The notes: generated by a model not told the origin, from the letters alone. Positions 1-10,992 are shown, counted from the first letter of the stretch. The stretch is 64,000 bases of DNA from an uncultured Actinomycetota bacterium (GCA_963812555.1 CAWEVP010000004.1:163736-227735); one strand, 5' to 3'. Made by a program: numbers and translations.

Positions 1-42
1 AGGGTGCAGAAGACGACCGACAACAGAGACAGGAGTGACTCC

Positions 43-96
43 ATGACGAGGGGTGCTGTCACAACGGGTGCTGTCACGACAAGGATGCTGCCATGA
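43..96 (+). promoter_or_regulatory. candidate 17-codon leader uORF (MTRGAVTTGAVTTRMLP) translationally coupled to ilvB
   Basis: AGGAG lies 7 nt upstream of ATG43. Stop TGA94-96 overlaps ilvB ATG93 (ATGA). The 11-nt ccATGACGAGG occurs at both 41 and 91. An internal direct repeat encodes GAVTT twice. Confidence 0.35.
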
Positions 97-1832
97 CGAG
101 GATGTTGGGTTCCGACGCGATTCTGCGCTCGCTCGAGGCCGAGGGAGTCGACGTGATGTTCGGGATCCCCGGCGGCGCGATCCTTCCCACCTACGACGCG
201 ATCGCGCGCGGCACGAGTGTGCGCCACGTGCTCGCCCGGCACGAGCAGGGCGCAGGGCACATGGCGGAGGGCTATGCGAGGGCCTGCGGACGGCCCGGAG
301 TGGCGCTTGCGACCTCAGGCCCGGGCGCAACGAACCTCGTGACCGCGATCGCCGACGCCTGGATGGACTCGACCCCGCTCGTCTGCATCACGGGACAGGT
401 GCGCTCCGACCTGATCGGCACCGATGCGTTCCAGGAGACGGACGCCACCGGCATCACGATGCCGATCGTCAAGCATTCGTGGCTCGTCCAGGACGCACGC
501 GAGCTCCCCCAGACGATCAAGAGCGCCTTTCACGTCGCCCGGAGCGGCCGTCCGGGGCCGGTCCTCGTCGACATCGCGAAGGACGCGCAGGAGGCCGAGC
601 TCAACTTCTCCTACCCCGACGAGGTCGACCTTCCCGGGTGGAAGCCGCCGACGAAGGTGCACGAGCGCCAGGTGCGCGAGGCGGCGAAGGCAATCGCCGA
701 GTCGAAGCAGCCGATCATCTACGCGGGCGGCGGCGTGATCAACGCCGAGGCCTCTGCGGAGCTGCTCGCGCTCGTCGAGGCGGCGAGGCTCCCCGCCGTC
801 GTCACGCTCATGGGCAAGGGCTGCCTGCCGGACTCGCACCCCCTGAACTACGGAGCGCCCGGCATGCACGGCTCGAAGTACGCGAACTGGGCGCTCAACA
901 AGTCCGACCTGATCATCGCGGTCGGCGTCCGTTTCGACGACCGGGTCACCGGCAAGGTCTCGGCGTTCGCGCCCGGGGCCAAGGTGATCCACTTCGACAT
1001 CGACGCGGCAGAGGTCGGGAAGATCCGCGAGGCCGAGATCCCCGTGGTCGGCCCGCTCAAGCTGGCGCTCTCCCAGTTGACGCGCGACGTGAAAGCGCTC
1101 GAGGCCGAGCGGCGGCTCGACCGTACCGCCTGGCACGCGCAGCTCGAGGAATGGCGGGGCCTCTACCCCTACAAGTACCGCCGCGCCGAGGGGGTCCTCA
1201 AGCCCCAGACCGTGATCGAGCGCCTCCGCGACCTGACCGCCTCCCGCGAGGAGGATGTCATCTGGACGACCGGGGTCGGCCAGCACCAGATGTGGGCCAT
1301 GCAGTACCTGCAGTGCGAGAAGCCCCGCACGTTCATCACCTCGGGCGGGCTCGGCACGATGGGCTACGGCGTCCCGGCCGCGGTCGGAGCGAAAGCGGCA
1401 CGGCCGGATGCGACCGTCGTCTGCATCGACGGCGACGGCTGCTTCCAGATGACCTGCCAGGAGCTCGCGACCGCGGCGCTCGAACGGCTCCCGATCGTGG
1501 TCGTGATCGTCAACAACGGCTGGCTCGGGATGGTCCGCCAGTGGCAGGAGCTGTTCTACGCCGAGCGCTACGCCGAGACGCACCTCACCAAGCAGGTGCC
1601 CGACTACGCGCAGCTTGCGGAGGCCCTGGGCGGGGCCGGCTTCATGGTCGACAACGAGGACGACCTGGACGCAACCCTTCAGGCGGCCCTCGACTGCGGT
1701 CGCACCGCCGTCGTCGACGCCAGGGTCGATCCCGACGAGAACTGCTACCCGATGGTTCCCGCCGGCGCCGCCTCCGTCGACACGATCGAGCTCCCCGACG
1801 AGCTCGGGGACACCGAGAGGATCCTGGGATGA
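93..1832 (+). CDS. ilvB: acetolactate synthase large subunit
   Basis: 579-aa uninterrupted ORF. N-terminus GSDAILRSLEAEGVDVMFGIPGGAILPTYDA and the ThDP region GLGTMGYGVPAAVGAK...IDGDGCFQM are typical of AHAS. Confidence 0.95.
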   Translation: MTRMLGSDAILRSLEAEGVDVMFGIPGGAILPTYDAIARGTSVRHVLARHEQGAGHMAEGYARACGRPGVALATSGPGATNLVTAIADAWMDSTPLVCITGQVRSDLIGTDAFQETDATGITMPIVKHSWLVQDARELPQTIKSAFHVARSGRPGPVLVDIAKDAQEAELNFSYPDEVDLPGWKPPTKVHERQVREAAKAIAESKQPIIYAGGGVINAEASAELLALVEAARLPAVVTLMGKGCLPDSHPLNYGAPGMHGSKYANWALNKSDLIIAVGVRFDDRVTGKVSAFAPGAKVIHFDIDAAEVGKIREAEIPVVGPLKLALSQLTRDVKALEAERRLDRTAWHAQLEEWRGLYPYKYRRAEGVLKPQTVIERLRDLTASREEDVIWTTGVGQHQMWAMQYLQCEKPRTFITSGGLGTMGYGVPAAVGAKAARPDATVVCIDGDGCFQMTCQELATAALERLPIVVVIVNNGWLGMVRQWQELFYAERYAETHLTKQVPDYAQLAEALGGAGFMVDNEDDLDATLQAALDCGRTAVVDARVDPDENCYPMVPAGAASVDTIELPDELGDTERILG

Positions 1833-2344
1833 GCCAGCACACGGTGTCTGTCGAGCTCGAGAACAAGCCGGGCGCCCTCGCGCGGATCTCGCAGATGTTC
1901 GCGCGGCGCGGCTACAACATCCAGAGCCTCGCCGTCGGCCCGACCGAACGCGCAGACATCTCGCGCGTGACGATGCGGGTGGACTGCTCGGAGCACTCGC
2001 TCGAGCAGATCGAGAAGCAGATGCACAAGCTCGTCAACGTGCTGCGAGTCGTCGAGCTTCGCCCCGGCGAGTCGGTCGAGCGCGAGCTTGCGCTCATCAC
2101 CGTCGGCGCGCCCGCCGACAAGCGGGCCGAGCTGATCGCGCTCGGCGAGGTCTTCGGCGCGCGGGTGGCCGACATCGGGCGCGACGCGCTCACGTTCGAG
2201 ATCGTCGGGCGCCCTGAAGAGCTCGACGCGTTCGAGGAGCTCGTGCGCCCCCACGGCGTTCGCGAGCTCGCTCGCACCGGCCGGATCGGGCTTCGCCGGC
2301 CCGGCCCGCGCCAAGCACGTACGTCCCCGGCAGCCGTCTCGTAA
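1829..2344 (+). CDS. ilvN: acetolactate synthase small (regulatory) subunit
   Basis: ATG1829 overlaps the ilvB stop. The ACT-domain start [35 protein letters not shown] is the classic IlvN signature. Confidence 0.93.
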   Translation: MSQHTVSVELENKPGALARISQMFARRGYNIQSLAVGPTERADISRVTMRVDCSEHSLEQIEKQMHKLVNVLRVVELRPGESVERELALITVGAPADKRAELIALGEVFGARVADIGRDALTFEIVGRPEELDAFEELVRPHGVRELARTGRIGLRRPGPRQARTSPAAVS

Positions 2345-2358
2345 CGAAAGGACAAGCA

Positions 2359-3420
2359 ATGGCAGACGTGATCAAGACGGGGGACGTAAGCCTCCTGACC
2401 GGAAAGGTCGCAGTGCTCGGCTACGGGAGCCAGGGCCATGCGCACGCATTGAATCTCGCCGACTCCGGCGTGGAGGTCGAGGTCGGCCTGCGGGCCGACA
2501 GCTCCTCCCGGGCGGCGGCCGAGGAGGCCGGCCTGCCGGTACGTGACGTCGCGGACGCCGTTCGTGGTGCGCAGGTGGTCGCGATGCTCGTTCCCGACGG
2601 CCCGCAGGCCGAGCTCTTCACGAGCGAGGTCGCGCCGAACCTGGAGCCGGGTGCGGCGCTCCTCTTTGCCCACGGCTTCTCCGTGCACTACGGGCGCATC
2701 CAGGCACCCGACGGCATCGACGTGATCATGGTCGCCCCGAAGGGCCCCGGCCATATCGTCCGCCGGCTCTACGAGGAGGGGTACGGGACGCCTGCGCTGA
2801 TCGCTGTCGCGCAGGATGCAACCGGCCGGGCCCGCGACATCGCGCTTGCCTACGCGGCCGGAATCGGCGCGGGTCGGGCCGGCATCCTCGAGACGAGCTT
2901 CCGCGAGGAGACCGAGAGCGATCTCTTCGGCGAGCAGTCGGTGCTCTGCGGCGGCCTCACCCAGCTGATCCAGGCCGGGTTCGAGACGCTCGTCGAGGCC
3001 GGGTATGCGCCCGAGATCGCCTACTACGAGTGCGTGCACGAGGTGAAGCTGATCGTCGACCTGATCTTCGAGGGGGGGATCGAGCGGATGCACTACTCGA
3101 TCTCCGACACGGCCGAGTACGGCTCGATCGCCGTTGGCCCCCGGGTCGTCGACCCGCACGTGAAGGAGAACATGAAGGGGGTCCTGACGGCGATCCAGGA
3201 CGGCTCCTTCGCTCGCGAGTGGATCGCCGAGATGGACAAGGGCAGCCCGAGCCTCGCCGAGGCGCGGCGCACGCTCGCGGCGACGCAGATCGAGCAGGTC
3301 GGCAAGCGCCTCCGCGCGCTCGGCCACCGCGAGGTTCAGGAGGCAGCGGTTCAGGAGGCAGCGGTTCAGGAGGCACCGGTTCAAGAGGCTCCGCTGCAGG
3401 AGGCGCATGGCGTCGGTTGA
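2359..3420 (+). CDS. ilvC: ketol-acid reductoisomerase with repeat-derived C-terminal tail
   Basis: [21 protein letters not shown] Rossmann motif and a class I KARI body. The last ~27 aa are the (A/P)VQEA tandem repeat. Confidence 0.95.
   Translation: MADVIKTGDVSLLTGKVAVLGYGSQGHAHALNLADSGVEVEVGLRADSSSRAAAEEAGLPVRDVADAVRGAQVVAMLVPDGPQAELFTSEVAPNLEPGAALLFAHGFSVHYGRIQAPDGIDVIMVAPKGPGHIVRRLYEEGYGTPALIAVAQDATGRARDIALAYAAGIGAGRAGILETSFREETESDLFGEQSVLCGGLTQLIQAGFETLVEAGYAPEIAYYECVHEVKLIVDLIFEGGIERMHYSISDTAEYGSIAVGPRVVDPHVKENMKGVLTAIQDGSFAREWIAEMDKGSPSLAEARRTLAATQIEQVGKRLRALGHREVQEAAVQEAAVQEAPVQEAPLQEAHGVG
3334..3408 (+). repeat. 5 x 15-bp in-frame tandem repeat (GTTCAGGAGGCAGCG-like), each unit carrying AGGAGG/AAGAGG
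   Basis: Units at 3334, 3349, 3364, 3379 and 3394. The array encodes [25 protein letters not shown]. The last unit supplies the SD and ATG3407 of hom. Confidence 0.9.
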
Positions 3421-4714
3421 CGTCCCGGTAGCCCTGCTTGGCTACGGCACCGTTGGCTCGGCCGTGAACCGGCTGCTGAACGAGCAGGCGGACGACATCG
3501 AGCGCGCCACCGGGCACCGCCTGCGCGTTGTGAAGGCGCTCGTCAAGAGCATCGACAAGGAGCGCGGGTTCGTTCCCGAGCCCGGCGTGCTGACCACCGA
3601 GGTGCGCGAGATCATCGACGATCCGTCGATTGCGATCGTTGCCGAGGTGATGGGCGGCGTCGAGCCGGCCGGCACCCACGTGCTGGAGCTGCTCCGTAGC
3701 GGCAAGCACGTCGTGACCGCGAACAAGCAGCTCGTCGCGCGTCGCGGTGCGGAGCTCTTCGAGGCTGCATCGGGCTCGGGCGTCCAGGTGCGCTTCGAAG
3801 CCAGCGTGTGCGCCGCGATACCCGTGATCAAGGTGCTGCGGGAATCGCTCGTCGTCACGAACGTGCATCGGGTGCTCGGCATCGTCAACGGCACCACCAA
3901 CTTCGTGCTCACCGAGATGGAGGCCGGGAAGACGTACGAAGAGGCACTCCGTGAAGCCCAGCTGCGCGGCTTCGCCGAGGCCGACCCCACCGACGACATC
4001 TCGGGTGCCGATGCGGCGGCGAAGATGGCGATCCTGGCGACCGTCGCGTTCAAGTCGCGCTATGCCCTGAGCGACGTCGAGGTGGTCGGGATCGACGCGA
4101 TCACGCCGCTCGACATCGTGGCGGCGCGTGAGCTCGACATGGTGATCCGGCTCATCGGTGCCGCCCGCCTGCTCGACGGGAAGGTCGATGTTCGGGTCGG
4201 CCCCGCGCTCGTCGATCGCCACCATCCGCTCGCGGCGATCGAGGGCGCCTTCAACGCGGTGATGCTGCAAGGCGACGCGATCCGGGAGATCACCCTCGAA
4301 GGGCCGGGCGCCGGTGGGATCGAGACTGCCTCGGCAGTGATCGCCGACATGGCGAGCGTGATCGGGACGATGGGCACGGGCTTCTTGCAGAACGATCCGG
4401 TCTGGCGCGAGCTGCCTCGGCTCGAGGCGGGCGAGAATCGGGCGCCCTACTACTTCCACCTCTCGGTCGACGACCGCCCCGGGGTGCTGGCACGGGTCGC
4501 CGATGCGCTCGCCGAGCGCGAGGTCTCCGTCGCCCGGCTGCTGCAGCACCAGAACGGTGACGGCGCGGCCCTGCATGTCGTCACCCACGAGACCCGGCAG
4601 GGATCGCTCGACGATGCGATCGCGACGATCACGGCCATGGACGAGGTGCGGCGCAAGCCCTTGCCCTTCCCGGTCGTGTCGGAGCGGGGAGTCTCGGAGC
4701 TCGGATGGGCGTAA
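3407..4714 (+). CDS. hom: homoserine dehydrogenase
   Basis: 435-aa ORF with [16 protein letters not shown]-binding start, [10 protein letters not shown], a central catalytic domain and a C-terminal ACT-like domain. It overlaps ilvC and thrC. Confidence 0.93.
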   Translation: MASVDVPVALLGYGTVGSAVNRLLNEQADDIERATGHRLRVVKALVKSIDKERGFVPEPGVLTTEVREIIDDPSIAIVAEVMGGVEPAGTHVLELLRSGKHVVTANKQLVARRGAELFEAASGSGVQVRFEASVCAAIPVIKVLRESLVVTNVHRVLGIVNGTTNFVLTEMEAGKTYEEALREAQLRGFAEADPTDDISGADAAAKMAILATVAFKSRYALSDVEVVGIDAITPLDIVAARELDMVIRLIGAARLLDGKVDVRVGPALVDRHHPLAAIEGAFNAVMLQGDAIREITLEGPGAGGIETASAVIADMASVIGTMGTGFLQNDPVWRELPRLEAGENRAPYYFHLSVDDRPGVLARVADALAEREVSVARLLQHQNGDGAALHVVTHETRQGSLDDAIATITAMDEVRRKPLPFPVVSERGVSELGWA

Positions 4715-5712
4715 TCGAGCGCTATCGCGACCGGCTGCCCGTCGGCCCCGACACCCCCGACCTCTCGCTCGGTGAGGGCGGAACGCCCCTGATCCGCTCG
4801 CGCCGGCTCGGTGGGCAGCTGGGCGTCGACCTGTACTTCAAGTTCGAGGGGCTGAACCCGACCGGCAGCTTCAAGGATCGCGGGATGGCCGTTGCCGTTG
4901 CGAAGGCGGTCGAGGCCGGCGCCGAGGGCGTCGTCTGCGCTTCGACGGGCAACACTGCCGCGTCGGCAGCGGCGTATGCGGCGAGGGCGGGGCTCACCGC
5001 GGTCGTACTCTGCCCTGCCGGTGCGATTGCCGCGGCCAAGCTGGCCCAGTCGCGCGCGGTCGGTGCCCGGGTGCTCGAGGTCCGGGGCAGCTTCGACGAG
5101 GCCCTGCGGAGCTGCCTCGAGCTCGTCGAGCGCGGCTCCTTCCAGCTCGTCAACTCGCTCAACCCGAACCGGATCGAAGGGCAGAAGACCGCAGCGTTCG
5201 AGATCGACGAGGAGCTCGGACGGGCACCCGACGTGCTCGCGCTCCCCTACGGCGGGGGTGGCAACACCGTCGCGTACGCAAAGGGCTTTCGGGAGGACGG
5301 CGCCAAGCCCCGGCTCGTGTCGGCCCATGCGGCGGAGCGGGCCGTGACGATGGCCTCGGCAATCCGGATCTCCGAGCCGGCGCACCTCGCGGAGGTCGAG
5401 GCCCTCGTGGCCGAGGGGTTCGTCGAGCCCGTCTCCGTCTCCGACGACGACATCACGCGAATGTGGCTCGACCTCGCAAGCCTCGAAGGCATCTTCTGCG
5501 AGCCGTCGTCTGCCGCCGGGCTCGCGGCGCTCCCGCTGATCGAGCTCGAGCCGGGCAGCACCGTCGTCTGCGTCCTCACGGGCCACGGCCTGAAGGACAC
5601 GGCGGCCGTGGACGTGCTGACCGCGGGCGCGACGCTCGTCGACCCGGACGTCGACGCGATCCTGGCCGCGATCGCTCCGGAAACCGCGCCGCTGGAAGCG
5701 GTGCCGGCATGA
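4705..5712 (+). CDS. thrC: threonine synthase (short form)
   Basis: LGEGGTPLI...FKFEGLNPTGSFKDRGM PLP-lysine motif. It sits between hom and thrB. Confidence 0.92.
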   Translation: MGVIERYRDRLPVGPDTPDLSLGEGGTPLIRSRRLGGQLGVDLYFKFEGLNPTGSFKDRGMAVAVAKAVEAGAEGVVCASTGNTAASAAAYAARAGLTAVVLCPAGAIAAAKLAQSRAVGARVLEVRGSFDEALRSCLELVERGSFQLVNSLNPNRIEGQKTAAFEIDEELGRAPDVLALPYGGGGNTVAYAKGFREDGAKPRLVSAHAAERAVTMASAIRISEPAHLAEVEALVAEGFVEPVSVSDDDITRMWLDLASLEGIFCEPSSAAGLAALPLIELEPGSTVVCVLTGHGLKDTAAVDVLTAGATLVDPDVDAILAAIAPETAPLEAVPA

Positions 5713-6587
5713 GCGAGCGCTTCGTCGTGCGCGCACCGGCCACCACGGCCAACCTCGGGCCGGGCTTCGACTGCGCTGCTGCGGCGCTCGACCTGTGGAA
5801 CGAGCTCCAGGTGGAGCCGTTCGAGGACGGGCAGCCGCTCGTGACCGTCGAGGGCGAGGGAACGGCCGAGCTTCCCGCCGACAGCTCGCATCTCGCCCTG
5901 CGAGCGTTCGCGCTGATCGCGCCCCTCGAGGGCCACCGGTTCCGGTTCGTCAACCGGATCCCGCTCGAGCGCGGGCTCGGCTCGTCGGCTGCGACGATCG
6001 CGGCAGGCCTCGTCGCAGGAGCTGCTGCAGCAGGCCGAAGGCTCGAGCCGCAGGAGGCACTCGCGCTTGGGCTCCCACTCGAGGGCCACGGCGACAATCT
6101 CGCCGCTGCGCTCGGTGGGGGGGTCTGCCTGATCTGGCAAAACGGGACCGGCCTCCGTACGAGCCGCGTGGCAAGCGACCTGCCTCTGGCCGCCGTCGTG
6201 GTGGCACCGGCCGGCCGCGTCAACACGCTCGCCTCGCGGAGCCGCCTGCCGGAGACACTCAGCCACCGGGACGCCGCCGGCGCCGCCGCCCAGGCGGCGC
6301 TTCTCGGCGCCGCGGTCGCCTCGGGTGACGCGAAGCTTCTCGCCGCCTCCTTCCACGACCTGCTGCACGAGCCCTACCGCGCCGCGGAGGCCCCGCTCCT
6401 CGGCGAGCTGCGCGAGCGCCCGGTGACCGGTCAGGCGGGCGTGACGCTCTCCGGTTCGGGCCCGTCCGTCGTCGTCTGGGCCGAGAAGAGCAAGGCGGCC
6501 GAGGCCGCTGCCGAGCTCGAGTCTCGCTACCCGGATGCCCGAGTCCTGTCTCTCGCCGTCGCCGAGCAAGGAGCCAACGTCGTATGA
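5709..6587 (+). CDS. thrB: homoserine kinase
   Basis: ATGA overlap with thrC. APATTANLGPGFDCAA and the GHMP motif PLERGLGSSAATIAAG are present. Confidence 0.9.
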   Translation: MSERFVVRAPATTANLGPGFDCAAAALDLWNELQVEPFEDGQPLVTVEGEGTAELPADSSHLALRAFALIAPLEGHRFRFVNRIPLERGLGSSAATIAAGLVAGAAAAGRRLEPQEALALGLPLEGHGDNLAAALGGGVCLIWQNGTGLRTSRVASDLPLAAVVVAPAGRVNTLASRSRLPETLSHRDAAGAAAQAALLGAAVASGDAKLLAASFHDLLHEPYRAAEAPLLGELRERPVTGQAGVTLSGSGPSVVVWAEKSKAAEAAAELESRYPDARVLSLAVAEQGANVV

Positions 6588-8274
6588 GCGTCTATTCGCA
6601 ACCCACCGATCCCGCCAAGCGCCGCAGCGCGAAGCTCACCGACGGCGTCGACCGGGCGCCTGCCCGCGCGATGCTGAAGGCGGTCGGATTCACGGACGAG
6701 GATCTCGCCAAGCCGCTCGTCGGTGTCGCGACGACCTGGATCGAGACGATGCCGTGCAACTTCAACCAGCGCGTGCTCGCGAAGCACGTGAAGGACGGGA
6801 TCCGGGCGGCGGGCGGGACCCCGATCGAGTTCAACACCGTCTCGGTCTCCGACGGGGTCTCGATGGGCACCACCGGGATGCGTGCCTCGCTGATCTCGCG
6901 CGAGGTGATCGCCGACTCGATCGAGCTCGTGGTCGAGGGCCACCTCCTGGACGGGCTCGTCTGCCTCGTCGGGTGCGACAAGACGATCCCGGCCGGCGTG
7001 ATGGCGCTCGCCCGGCTCGACATCCCCGGCCTCGTCTTCTACAGCGGCTCGATCGCCCCCGGGCGTTTCGAGGGGCGCGACGTGACGATTCAGGACGTCT
7101 TCGAGGCGGTCGGGGCGCGGGCCGCCGGCCGGATGACCGACGAGGAGGTTCACGCCCTCGAGTCGGTCGCCTGCCCGGGCGCCGGCGCCTGCGGGGGCCA
7201 GTACACCGCGAACACGATGGCGATGGTGATCGACTTCCTGGGAATCAGCCCGCGCGGGCTCTCGGGGATCCCGGCGACGCACCCCTCCAAGGCCGCCGCC
7301 GCTCGTGCGGCAGGCGAAATGGTGATGACCGTCGTCCGCGAGGACACGCGCCCCTCGCAGATCCTGACGCGCGACGCGTTCGAGAATGCGATTGCCGCGG
7401 TCGCCGGCTCCGGTGGGTCGACGAACGGCGTCCTCCACCTGCTCGCGATCGCGCGCGAGGTGGGGATCCCGCTCGAGCTCGAGGACTTCGACACGATCGC
7501 CGAGCGCACGCCGATCGTCGCCGACCTGAAGCCGGGCGGCCGGTACGTGGCGACCGACATGTACGAGGCGGGCGGTGTCGGCCTCGTAGCCCGCGAGCTC
7601 GTCGGCGCCGGCGTCATCCACGAGGATGCGCGCGGGGTCGACGGGCGCACGCTCGGGCAGGTGGGCGGTCGAGGTCGAGGAGCGCCCGGGGCAGGACGTC
7701 GTCGTCCCGTGGCAGACGCCGCTCAAGCCGACCGGCGGCCTGGCGATCCTGCGCGGCTCGCTCGCGCCCGAGGGCTCCGTCGTGAAGCTCGCCGGCCACG
7801 AGCGGCTCTACCATCGCGGGCCCGCCCGGGTCTTCGACTCGGAGGAGGACTGCTTCGCCGCCGTCAAGGCGCGGTCGATCGTTCCCGGCGAGGTGGTCGT
7901 GATCCGGTACGAGGGCCCGGCCGGCGGCCCAGGTATGCGCGAGATGCTGCACGTCACCGCGGCGCTCGTCGGCGAGGGGCTCGGAGACGAGGTGGCGCTG
8001 ATCACCGACGGCCGCTTCTCGGGCGCCACCCACGGCCTGATGGTCGGCCATATCTCGCCCGAGGCCGCCCGCGGCGGGCCGATCGCGGCCGTCCGCGACG
8101 GCGACCCGATCGTGCTCGACGTCGCGAACCGGCGGCTCGACCTCGATCTCCCCGCCGAGGAGCTGGAGCAGCGGCTCGCCTCGTGGGCGCCGCCCGCGCC
8201 CCGCTACACGAAGGGCGTGTTCGCCAAGTACGCGGCCACCGTCTCGCTCGGCCTCGGAAGGGGCGGTCACCTGA
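6584..8274 (+). pseudogene. ilvD: dihydroxy-acid dehydratase, reading frame broken twice as sequenced
   Basis: The conserved IlvD sequence is followed through three frames (coordinate mod 3 goes 2->0->1). The breaks are near 7665 (TLGQ | [13 protein letters not shown]) and near 8250. The true end ...SASEGAVT* is reached only in the third frame (TGA 8272-8274). Confidence 0.85.
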
Positions 8275-8283
8275 TGAGCGCGG

Positions 8284-9486
8284 CTAGGCGGCGCGAGCAG
8301 CTTGCGGATCGAGCGGGTCGCCTGCCCGATCCGCTGCTCGTTCTCGACGAGGGCGAAGCGCACGTGGCCGTCGCCGCCCGGGCCGAAGCCGATGCCGGGG
8401 CTCACCGCGACGTCGGCGCCGCGCGCGAGGGCGATCGCGCACTCGAGCGAGCCGAGCTCCCGCATCTGCTCGGGGATCGGAGCCCAGACGAACATCGTCC
8501 CTTTCGGCGGCTCGACCTCCCAGCCGGCGCGCGCGAGGCCGGAGATGAGCGCGTCGCGGCGGCGCAGGTAGATCTCGCACACCTCGAGCGGGTAGTCGGG
8601 GGCCTCGCGCAGCGCGACGATCGAGGCGATCTGGATCGGCTGGAAGGTGCCGTAGTCGAGGTAGGACTTGAGCTTCGCGAGCGCCGCGACCACGTCGGGG
8701 CGGCCGAGCGTGAAGCCCATGCGCCAGCCGGCCATCGAGAACGACTTGGTGAGGCTGTAGAGCTCGACCGCGCAGTCGAGCGCGCCGTCGGCGGCGAGCA
8801 CCGACGGCGGCCCGTGGCCGTCGAAGGCGATGTCGGCGTAGGCGAAGTCGTGCACGAGGACGAACTCGCGCTCGCGGGCGAGGTCGACCAGCCGCTGCAT
8901 CAGCTCGGGCGTCGCGATCACGGTCGTCGGGTTGTGCGGGAACGAGACGATCACGACCCGCGGCGCAGGGCTGGGCGGCCCGGACGGCGCTCTCGATCGC
9001 CCGCGCGAGCACGTCCTCGCCCTCGAACCGGGCGTGGACGACCGTGGCGCCGGCGAGCCGCGGCGCGACGAGATGGATCGGGTAGCTCGGGCTGGGCACG
9101 ACGGCGCTGTCGCCGCCTTCGAGGAGCACCCACATCAGGTGGGCCAGGCCTTCCTTCGCGCCGATCGTGCTGACGATGTGCACCTCGGGGTCGAGGTCGA
9201 CGCCGAAGCTGCGCGCGTAGCGCTCGCAGACGGCCTCGCGCAGGTTCGGGAGGCCCCTGCTCGCCGAGTAGCGGTGGTTCACGGGCTTGGCCGCCGCCTC
9301 GGCGAGCTTCTCGACCGCGACCGCCGGCGAGGGGATGTCCGGATTGCCAAAGCCAAGATCGATCACGTCGCGGCCCTCCCGGCGAAGCTCACGCTTCAGC
9401 TGGTCGACGGTCGCGAAGACGTAAGGGGGAAGATCGTGTATTCGCCGAAACTGCAAGGGCTCCACCGTCCCGGGGTGCGTGGCCAT
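8284..9486 (-). pseudogene. class I/II PLP aminotransferase (AlaT/AspC-like), frame broken as sequenced
   Basis: The N-terminal part (LPPYVFATVDQLK...GFGNPD...NHRYSASRGLP) is in one frame. The C-terminal part ([11 protein letters not shown]...[19 protein letters not shown]-lysine motif) is in another. The break is near 8960, with a second break near 8300. The 3' end is uncertain (8284 or 8267). Confidence 0.8.
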
Positions 9487-10709
9487 GCCGGTTGACGCGC
9501 TTCGCTGCCGGGTCTGCGAGACCGAGTATCCGGCGCTCGCACACGGTATCTGCACGCGCTGCTTCGGTCCGCTCGAACCGGTCTACGACTGGGACCGGCT
9601 CGCGGCCACGGTTTCGCGCGAGCGCATCGAGGCCGGGCCGCACTCGCTCTGGCGCTACGCCGACCTGCTGCCCGCCGACGCCGCCCGAGGACGCCGCAGC
9701 CGGCCCCGGGATGACCCCGCTCGTCCCGGCGCCGCGGCTCGCGAGCGCGCTCGGGATCGGCGAGGTGCTGCTCAAGCTCGACCTGGCGAACCCGACCCAC
9801 TCGTTCAAGGACCGCGTCGTCGCGATCGCGGCCGCGAAGGCCACGGAGTTCGGTCTCGGGACGCTCTCGGCGCACCTCCACCGGCAACCTCGCCAATGCG
9901 GTCGGCGCGCGCGCGGCCGCGCTGGGGATCCCGGCTGTGATCTTCTGCCCGGCGGGGCTCGAGGCCGAGAAGGTGAAGCGCGACAACGGTCTACGGCGCG
10001 ACGATCTACGCGGTCAGGGGAAGCTACGACGACTGCAGCCGTCTCGTCAGCGAGCTCGCGGGCGAGGTCGACTGGGGGATCGTCAACGTCAACCTGCGCT
10101 CCTACTACGCGGAGGGCTCGAAGACGCTTGCCTTCGAGATCACCGAGCAGCTCGGCTGGGAGGTGCCGACCGCGATCGTCGCGCCGATCGGCTCCGGCGC
10201 GATGTTCACCAAGATCTGGCAGGGCTTCGAGCAGTTCGGCCGGCTGGGGCTGATCGGCGCGGAACGGCCGCGGCTCTACGGCGGCCAGGCCGAGGGCTGC
10301 TCGCCGGTCGCCTCGGCCTTCGCCGACGAGCGGCGCGTCTCGCCGGTCCGCCCGGCGTCGATCGTCTCGTCGATCGCGATCGGGAACCCGGCCGACGGCG
10401 ATCTTGCGATCGCGACCGCGAGAACCTCGGGCGGGGCCGTGTACGCCGTGCCCGAGGACGAGGTCGGCGAGAACATCGCGCTGCTCGCCGAGACGGCCGG
10501 CATCTTCGGCGAGGGCGCGACGGGCGTTGCGATCGGGGCGCTCCGCGAGATGGTGGCGCGCGGCGATGTCGGCGAGCGCGACCGGGTGGTGGTGATCGTG
10601 AGCGGCACCGGGCTGAAGACGCCGCAGCTCGCCCGAGGGAGGCCGGGTCGAGATCGAGATCGACGCCGACGTGGATGCGCTGCTCGATCAGCTCGGGGTG
10701 CTCGCATGA
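9485..10709 (+). pseudogene. threonine synthase-like PLP enzyme with N-terminal Cys4 zinc ribbon, four frame breaks as sequenced
   Basis: CRVCETEYPALAHGICTRCFGPLEP, then GMTPLVPAPRL...NPTHSFKDR, STGNLANAVGARAA, VYGATIYAVRGSYDD and SGTGLKTP are followed through frames 2->0->1->2->0. The breaks are near 9685, 9873, 9980 and 10640. Confidence 0.8.
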
Positions 10710-10984
10710 CCGGCGAGCGCGAGAGCGATCCGACTCTGGCGGAGGCGCGTGCGGCGATCGATCGAATCGATCTCGAACTGCTTGCCGCCTTCAACCGCAG
10801 GCTCGAGATCGTCCGCGGCCTTCACGAGCACAAGGTCGAAACGGGCCTCGCCCTGCGCGATCCGGGCCGCGAGGAGGCGATGCTCGCGAGCCTGGAAGCG
10901 GCAAACGCGGGCCCGCTCTCGGCGAGGCGGCGTCGACGAGCTCTTCCGCTACTTCCTCGGCCCTGACGCGGCGGGAGCTCCACG

Positions 10985-10992
<8 letters not shown>
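10706..10992 (+). pseudogene. chorismate mutase (AroQ type), two frame breaks near the 3' end
   Basis: ATGA overlap with the upstream gene. LAEARAAIDRIDLELLAAFNRRLEIVRGLHEHK is an AroQ helix-1 signature. The tail VDELFRYFL / [10 protein letters not shown] lies in two further frames, with breaks near 10925 and 10958. Confidence 0.75.

Noticed and set aside
8250-8310. Programmed ribosomal frameshifting as an explanation for the frame breaks
   Set aside because: There are no slippery heptamers or downstream structures at the sites. About 27 breaks occur in unrelated housekeeping genes, often 10-100 nt apart, which fits sequence error far better.
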